Assembly (NCBI GenBank): GCA_049515895.1
Contig: JBEKTQ010000005.1
Coordinates: forward strand, 64,001 to 128,000
Direction: 5' to 3'
Length of the DNA stretch: 64,000 nt
Origin: Candidatus Bathyarchaeia archaeon
Lineage (GTDB): Archaea > Thermoproteota > Bathyarchaeia > Bathyarchaeales > Bathycorpusculaceae
The position numbers and the translations under genes were made by a program. The notes under the pieces were generated by a model. It was given only the letters and a program-made list of their open reading frames with translations, was not told where the DNA came from and searched no databases. This document shows positions 58,713 to 64,000 of this stretch, piece by piece; the first letter of the stretch is position 1, and every line of letters starts with the position of its first letter.

Positions 58713-59417
58713 GTGTGCAGCTTGAAGCAAACCAAAAAAATCATCAACCAGGCCAAAAAGGAAGGCAGAAAAGCACTTCTCGAACCCGAAGCCAAACTAA
58801 TCCTCATAGATTACGGCATCCCAGTAACCAAATTCAAGGTCGCCTCAAACGAAACTCAAGCCGCAGAATACGCCAACGAAATCGGCTACCCCGTAGTATT
58901 GAAGATTGTTTCGCCTGACATCATCCACAAATCCGACGTCGGCGGCGTCATGGTCAACCTAAAAAACGCCTCGGACGTTCAGAAAGCTTACGGAAAAATC
59001 TTGGAAAACGTCAAGAAATACAATGCGAACGCGAAAATCGTCGGTGTCCTTGTACAGGAGATGGCTCCTCAGTCAACTGAAACCATTGTAGGCGCAATTA
59101 AGGATCCCCAGTTTGGGCAAACAATCATGTTCGGCCTCGGAGGAATATTTGTCGAGCTCCTCAAAGACGTGAACTTCAGAATCGCCCCGATAACCAAGGA
59201 TGACGCGAAAGAAATGATCACCCAGCTTAAAGCTTACCCGCTTCTGAAAGGCTTCCGCAACTCGCCGCCCGCAGACATCGACGCCTTGATCAGCATACTC
59301 TTAAGCACCTCGCGCCTTGTGATGGAGAACCCCGAAATCAAAGAGTTAGACCTCAACCCCGTGCTTGCCTACCAGACCGGGGCAAAAACCGTCGACGCAA
59401 GAATAATACTCGAATAA
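58713..59417 (+). CDS. acdB: ADP-forming acetate/acyl-CoA ligase beta subunit (ATP-grasp)
   Basis: GYPVVLKIVSPDIIHKSDVGGV, DPQFG..MFGLGG, ELDLNP, VDARI. Start may be TTG 58722. Confidence 0.92.
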   Translation: MCSLKQTKKIINQAKKEGRKALLEPEAKLILIDYGIPVTKFKVASNETQAAEYANEIGYPVVLKIVSPDIIHKSDVGGVMVNLKNASDVQKAYGKILENVKKYNANAKIVGVLVQEMAPQSTETIVGAIKDPQFGQTIMFGLGGIFVELLKDVNFRIAPITKDDAKEMITQLKAYPLLKGFRNSPPADIDALISILLSTSRLVMENPEIKELDLNPVLAYQTGAKTVDARIILE

Positions 59418-59471
59418 AATCGTCCTTTTTTCTTTTCCCGCAAAACAAAGCGACCAAAATGAGAAGGAAGT

Positions 59472-61085
59472 TTAAACGGCAGGCAGCTTTCGCTTCTGAC
59501 TGACTGGCTTCTTTCTAGGGATAAGCAGGTATCCTGACGCTAAAACAATAATTACTGAAGCAGAGACGCCTACAACCGTCAGGGTAGGGAACGGCGCTAT
59601 GTTAAAGTAAACCGTTCTTGAATTTGCAATATCGTATGCGCCGATGACATAGATTGTTACGTGGTGTGAACCGTTCGTTAACGCTGCCAAAGTCACGTTT
59701 CCATCTATTGTTACGTTTTTTTCTCCGTCTAAACTGTAAGCTAAGTAAGTGGCGTTCTGATTCAGAGCGAAAGTTAACTGTAGATCTGTGGAGCCGTAAG
59801 ACTGGTTCAGCGGCATAAGCATCGTGATGTCGGGGGGAAGGGAATCGACAGAGAAGAAAACTCTGTTTGAACTGCCCATGTTGCCGGCGCTGTCGTTCGC
59901 GTAAAGGATTATGTTGTGCTGTCCTTGAGTAAGGTTGAACAATTCGGTTTCGCCGTTTACCGTTAGGTTTGCTTTGTTGTCTAAACTGTACCCGACCCAC
60001 GATGTGTCCCTGTTAACTGTGTAGCTCAGTGTTACCTTGGAGTAGGTTTCGTTGCCTGGTGAGTCGATCTGTATCATCGGCGGAGTGGTTCCGTAATCCA
60101 CAGGCGTGTATTGCTCAGCGGTGTTAAGCCAGTTTGTGCCATCAAACCCGCCGATTGCGTATAAAACGTCGTTTACGACGGCGACACCCAAGTATGCTCG
60201 AGCGGCAGGCATAGAAGCGCCGTTGCTCCACGAATTGTTGACTGCATTGTACACTTGAACAATGTTGCTGAAGGAGTTGGTGTTAAATCCTCCGATGCAA
60301 TACAGCAGGGAAGGCGCCATGAAGCCAGTAGTCGCGGCGGCAGAGGCGAAGGTGGCGTCAGTAGGCAAGTTTGCGCCTAAGCCCCAACTGTTGCTTTGAG
60401 GATCGTACACTTGGTTGGAATTGACAAAGTCACCCGTTCCAGCGGTCCCAGGGCTCTTGGAGCCTCCGATGATGTGGATTTTGCCGTTGATTGCTGCTGA
60501 GGCGTAGCCATAAACAGGCAAAGGCATGGCTGCTGCAGTGCTCCAAGTGTTGGCGGATGGGTCATAAACCTCTGTAATGTTAGTCTCGACGTTATACGGG
60601 CTTTTGCTTGAATATCCCATTCCGCCTACCAGGTAAATTTTGCCATTCACCACATTTGCACTCAAGTCAGCTCTAGGAGTAGGCATGGAAGCCTCTGTTT
60701 GCCAAGTATCCGTTGAGGGATCATAAACTTCGTTGTTTCCAACGTACTCGTTTGTGCCCCCGCTGGTCCCTATTGTCCCGCCGATACAGTAAATCTTGTC
60801 GTTGAAAACGGCAACCGCGAAGCCACTTCTAGCCGTCGGCATAGGCGAATCAGTTGTCCACGCGTTTAAAGCTGGAGTAAACTCTTCGTTAACGCTAAGC
60901 GCTGTATTGCCACTTAACCCTCCGATTGCATAGATTTTTCCGTTGACAGCCGCAACGCCTAATCCGCCTCGAGCAGTCGGCATAGAAGAGAGCGAAGCCC
61001 ATGAATTTTGGTTTTGACTTGATTGGGCCTTCGATTGCGGTAAATCGAACGCTGGCAAAACCATTAGTGCAATAATAAGCATCAC
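59472..61085 (-). CDS. Secreted Kelch-repeat (six-blade) protein with Ig-like domains and C-terminal TM
   Basis: Six MP..R...IY.IGG-type repeats, two YSLD modules, TM and basic tail. True start may be 61112. Confidence 0.9.
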   Translation of the reverse strand: MMLIIALMVLPAFDLPQSKAQSSQNQNSWASLSSMPTARGGLGVAAVNGKIYAIGGLSGNTALSVNEEFTPALNAWTTDSPMPTARSGFAVAVFNDKIYCIGGTIGTSGGTNEYVGNNEVYDPSTDTWQTEASMPTPRADLSANVVNGKIYLVGGMGYSSKSPYNVETNITEVYDPSANTWSTAAAMPLPVYGYASAAINGKIHIIGGSKSPGTAGTGDFVNSNQVYDPQSNSWGLGANLPTDATFASAAATTGFMAPSLLYCIGGFNTNSFSNIVQVYNAVNNSWSNGASMPAARAYLGVAVVNDVLYAIGGFDGTNWLNTAEQYTPVDYGTTPPMIQIDSPGNETYSKVTLSYTVNRDTSWVGYSLDNKANLTVNGETELFNLTQGQHNIILYANDSAGNMGSSNRVFFSVDSLPPDITMLMPLNQSYGSTDLQLTFALNQNATYLAYSLDGEKNVTIDGNVTLAALTNGSHHVTIYVIGAYDIANSRTVYFNIAPFPTLTVVGVSASVIIVLASGYLLIPRKKPVSQKRKLPAV

Positions 61086-61289
61086 TAATGAAATTTTTAC
61101 ATGCTTATTTATTGGTACCCCACCGCACGCTATTCACGTATTAATTAGCACTTTACACTTATAATGTTTAAAGAAATCGGTGGCAACAACCAAAAATCTT
61201 CTCAGAATCATGTGTTCAAGTCGCGAGGCAAGCGAACGCACGGCAAAATTTTAAAAGATATTCGTACCATATGTTATTTGAGGAAAAAA

Positions 61290-61484
61290 ATGGTAACAAT
61301 GAAAGCTTTTGCAGGCGCTGAACTAGGGCTGGGCATCTTGATTGTACTCATCTCTTTAGCGTGGTGCTACGTCATCCCTAAGGAAAGCATAACCTACCTA
61401 TACTGGGCAGTAATTGGGCTGGGCGTAATTGTTATAATTGTGGCAGCAGCAGCGTTAGCGACAAAAACTAAACACCAAATGTAA
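61290..61484 (+). CDS. Small two-TM membrane protein
   Basis: MVTMKAFAGAELGLGILIVL...; GAGG upstream, T-rich terminator downstream. Confidence 0.65.
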   Translation: MVTMKAFAGAELGLGILIVLISLAWCYVIPKESITYLYWAVIGLGVIVIIVAAAALATKTKHQM

Positions 61485-61605
61485 AAAATTCCTCTTTTTT
61501 CTTTTTTGCGTGTTGTTGTTGTATTGTGTAGTCTTGTGTTGTTGTGGGTGTGCCTAAGAGTTAGTAGTACAGTAAGAGTAAAAGAAGTCAGAGTTAGCAA
61601 TTAGC

Positions 61606-61643
61606 ACAGAGAGAGAAAGATTAAATTTTAACGCACACACACA
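61606..61643 (+). repeat. Left copy of 38-bp inverted repeat
   Basis: ACAGAGAGAGAAAGATTAAATTTTAACGCACACACACA; 36/38 identical to the reverse complement of 63590-63627. Confidence 0.92.
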
Positions 61644-61974
61644 TATTTTTTTTCAGACTGGTAACGCAATCAAAACTTTGCTTCGTCGAGAAACTTTGAC
61701 CTTTTCTCACAGGTGGGTGTTACCCAACCCTCTTTTTGTTAGGTTAAGAAACTTCACGCCAATAGGAGTTGGCTAACTAATTTTGAAAGAAACAGAAGAT
61801 GAACTTTCCAAAGACCCACATGCACTCTTCGTTATGAAATCGTCGCATAGAGCGTTTAACTGCTCAAATCAATGCCTAAATCCTATTTTCACGTGCTGTT
61901 CTTCTTGAGAACAGAGTTGGAACAGTTTTGTTCTTGGGGGAGTATTATTAGGCGCTCTGGCTAATAGGTGAGCG

Positions 61975-62826
61975 GTGAAAAACCAAATGGTCGAAAAAAA
62001 AGTAATACTATGTGCAGTACTCGCCATAGCAATCGGAATCGCAACAATCATACCGATGGAATATCTGATGTCTGCCCAAGCGCAAGAAGCCACTCAAACT
62101 GGACAAGCCCAGGCTAAAGCGCAAGCCCAAGCCACCGCTCAAGCAACATACGATCCATGGTTCCAAATCAATGTCCCTTATATTTACGTTAATCTTGACC
62201 AAAGCGGCGGAAACACCACAGCCACATGGGATGGCGTTTTAATTCAGGGAGTCGCAAACTTTACCTTTGCCCCCGAAGCTCTTGCCCTCAACAACACCGA
62301 TGCCAGAATAGAGTTCTACCAGTTCCAAGTCTCATCTGAAAACGGACCAATCCTGAACATGACCTACAGCATAGCAGTAAGCAAAACAGAGTATAACGTC
62401 CCCGGAATCCCAGGCGGCATGTACTCAGCAATCACTGGCTCAGGAGACAACACTTTCGATTTCGCTGACGGAACCATCTACAAAGCACCAATCACCGGAG
62501 ATTGCATGGGAGGCACAGTCCTCGACGACAGCCCAGAAACACCTATCGCAAACTACACCTGCACAGTTCTAAGCGACTACATTGCCAGCGACAACGGAAA
62601 CAACGCTCTACAGACAATAGCTGAACTGAGAAGCGCCCAAACACTATACATCGACGTTACAAGAACCATCTCGGTTGCATTTGAAGGCAACGCAACCACA
62701 GCCACTACGACCACAATGTCAAGCAACCAAATCCTGCAGCATATAGAATTGACGAAAATCAACAGTGGCTTCGTGTATGGAACCGATGTACAAGGTTCAG
62801 TCCCATTCCCAATAGAAACCCCATAG
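61975..62826 (+). CDS. Hypothetical membrane-anchored extracellular protein
   Basis: N-terminal TM (CAVLAIAIGIATIIP), Q/A-rich linker, beta-rich domain; GGTGA SD. Confidence 0.8.
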   Translation: MKNQMVEKKVILCAVLAIAIGIATIIPMEYLMSAQAQEATQTGQAQAKAQAQATAQATYDPWFQINVPYIYVNLDQSGGNTTATWDGVLIQGVANFTFAPEALALNNTDARIEFYQFQVSSENGPILNMTYSIAVSKTEYNVPGIPGGMYSAITGSGDNTFDFADGTIYKAPITGDCMGGTVLDDSPETPIANYTCTVLSDYIASDNGNNALQTIAELRSAQTLYIDVTRTISVAFEGNATTATTTTMSSNQILQHIELTKINSGFVYGTDVQGSVPFPIETP

Positions 62827-63300
62827 GTGCATAACGTGGCTAACGACGAACTCGAAGGCAACACATTAACCATCTACGCGTACGTTGTTCACGCAGCTAA
62901 ACCAGTGGGAACAAGAGACGTCACAAGAGGCGCAAACCCTAGCAGCACAAGCGTTGCATCCAGGCATCTGCAGAAACTTGAGGACATGGGCTTAATCGAA
63001 AAAAACAGTTATGGCGATTACATCCTAAAGGAGAAAACAAACATCAACGGGCACGTGTGGGTTGGCCGAAACCTCGTGCCACGGTTGATGTTCTACTCCT
63101 TCTTTTTTCTCGGAGCTTTTGCAGCCGAGATAACAATAATACTGCTCAGCGCTCTAATAAAGGGCTTTGTGGTTCAAGTCAGCTTCTGCTTTTTAACAGG
63201 CATGACTGGAGTAGCCATGGCTCTCTTCTTACTTGAGGGAATCGCATTGTACCGGAAGCTTAACCCAAAGCATGTTGAACGGGGTGACAAAGTTGGGTAA
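62827..63300 (+). CDS. Membrane-bound wHTH transcriptional regulator
   Basis: LEGNTL.IY...PVGTRDV...S.SVA.RHLQKL...GLIEK followed by two TM helices. Confidence 0.82.
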   Translation: MHNVANDELEGNTLTIYAYVVHAAKPVGTRDVTRGANPSSTSVASRHLQKLEDMGLIEKNSYGDYILKEKTNINGHVWVGRNLVPRLMFYSFFFLGAFAAEITIILLSALIKGFVVQVSFCFLTGMTGVAMALFLLEGIALYRKLNPKHVERGDKVG

Positions 63301-63436
63301 CAAAGAAATACTTGCCGCGTTAGAGTCAGCCTTAAACACGCAGACTCAATACGGCTTATCTGTGGAGTTTGACACTGAAGGCAATCTGGTGATGAAAGTT
63401 GCCCTAGTAATCAAGGCTAAATTAGTCGAGCAGTAG
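63293..63436 (+). CDS. Small hypothetical protein (47 aa)
   Basis: TTG start after GGGGTGA, overlapping the previous stop: MGNKEILAALESALNTQTQYGLSVEFDTEGNLVMKV... Confidence 0.45.
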   Translation: MGNKEILAALESALNTQTQYGLSVEFDTEGNLVMKVALVIKAKLVEQ

Positions 63437-63589
63437 AAGAGATGCATGACATCAACAAACGTTTAGCTTTATCTTCCTTTACCATACCCTTTTCTCTTAA
63501 CTGACGATATACTGCCTCTTCTTCTTCTCTTTTAGGCTTGACAGTTTGACTACTGAGAATAATTAAGCTGAGAAAAGCCGTAAATCAAC

Positions 63590-63627
63590 TGTGTGTGTGC
63601 ATTAAATTTTAATCTTTCTCTCTCTGT
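63590..63627 (-). repeat. Right copy of 38-bp inverted repeat
   Basis: TGTGTGTGTGCATTAAATTTTAATCTTTCTCTCTCTGT. Confidence 0.92.
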
Positions 63628-63804
63628 TTTTCTCGGTTAATTTTAGTTAATATTCTAGGTGCGCCACGTAAATGCGCGCAAAGCAAGTACTCAACTGTAA
63701 TAGCTAGAAAAGGACTCTCTTAAGATAAAAATTATCGATCGTTATCCACGATACCAATCTGGGGTTTGGCGCCAATCTGGTCCTTCCTTAATACTGTTTG
63801 TAAT

Positions 63805-64000
63805 TTATTGTGCGCTATTGGTGGTTTTTTCGGTTTCAATCTCACATATTCTTTCGTTCATGCCTGTTGTATCATGCCACAATTCTTCAAAGAGGGCTTT
63901 GAGTGTGCAGACAAACGCCTCACTGTTGGTCCATAAACCTGTTTCCTGTCGGCTGGTTAAGGCTGAATCTCCATCCAGCGTTATGAAGAAAAAGGCTTCT
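63805..64000 (-). CDS. C-terminus of a probable TrmB-family regulator (5' part outside window)
   Basis: Manual translation EAFFFITL...GLWTNSEAFVCTLKALFEELWHD...EIETEK; a WTN...FEELW pattern. Confidence 0.55.
   Translation of the reverse strand, partial: EAFFFITLDGDSALTSRQETGLWTNSEAFVCTLKALFEELWHDTTGMNERICEIETEKTTNSAQ

Overview
Archaeal chromosomal segment, most likely Bathyarchaeia (TACK). This is inferred from an unsplit RpoB, an RpoA'+A'' fusion, an intron-containing tRNA and large paralogous beta-propeller surface proteins. Left to right: (1) rpoA and rpoB, with no rpoH upstream. (2) An AT-rich patch with a transposase remnant, a wHTH gene, an intact N4/N6 DNA methyltransferase and a decayed second methyltransferase. 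(3) pepF, then tRNA-Leu(CAA) with a BHB intron and a ~0.75-kb att-bounded relic holding a dead RelBE-type module. (4) A nine-gene catabolic cluster: DUF1116, a nucleoside-type ABC importer, DUF2877, FdrA, a small FdrA-associated protein and carbamate kinase (AllFGHK-like), preceded by an orphan pyrI. (5) Secreted and surface proteins: G1 peptidase, FxLYD protein, Moco oxidoreductase, and two convergent propeller paralogues sharing a promoter motif. (6) Housekeeping genes: class II HMG-CoA reductase, MBL nuclease, UPF0201, UPF0200, thpR, cca, SIS isomerase, PfkB kinase. (7) A type IV pilus locus with a 1343-aa adhesin-like pilin, three apparently leaderless pilins (one with a CTG start) and an ATPase whose start region is duplicated. 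(8) acdB, a Kelch protein, and a 2-kb segment bounded by 38-bp inverted repeats whose cores also form a direct repeat. No CRISPR array, rRNA, integrase or intact transposase was seen. Family assignments come from motif recognition by eye; no searches were run.
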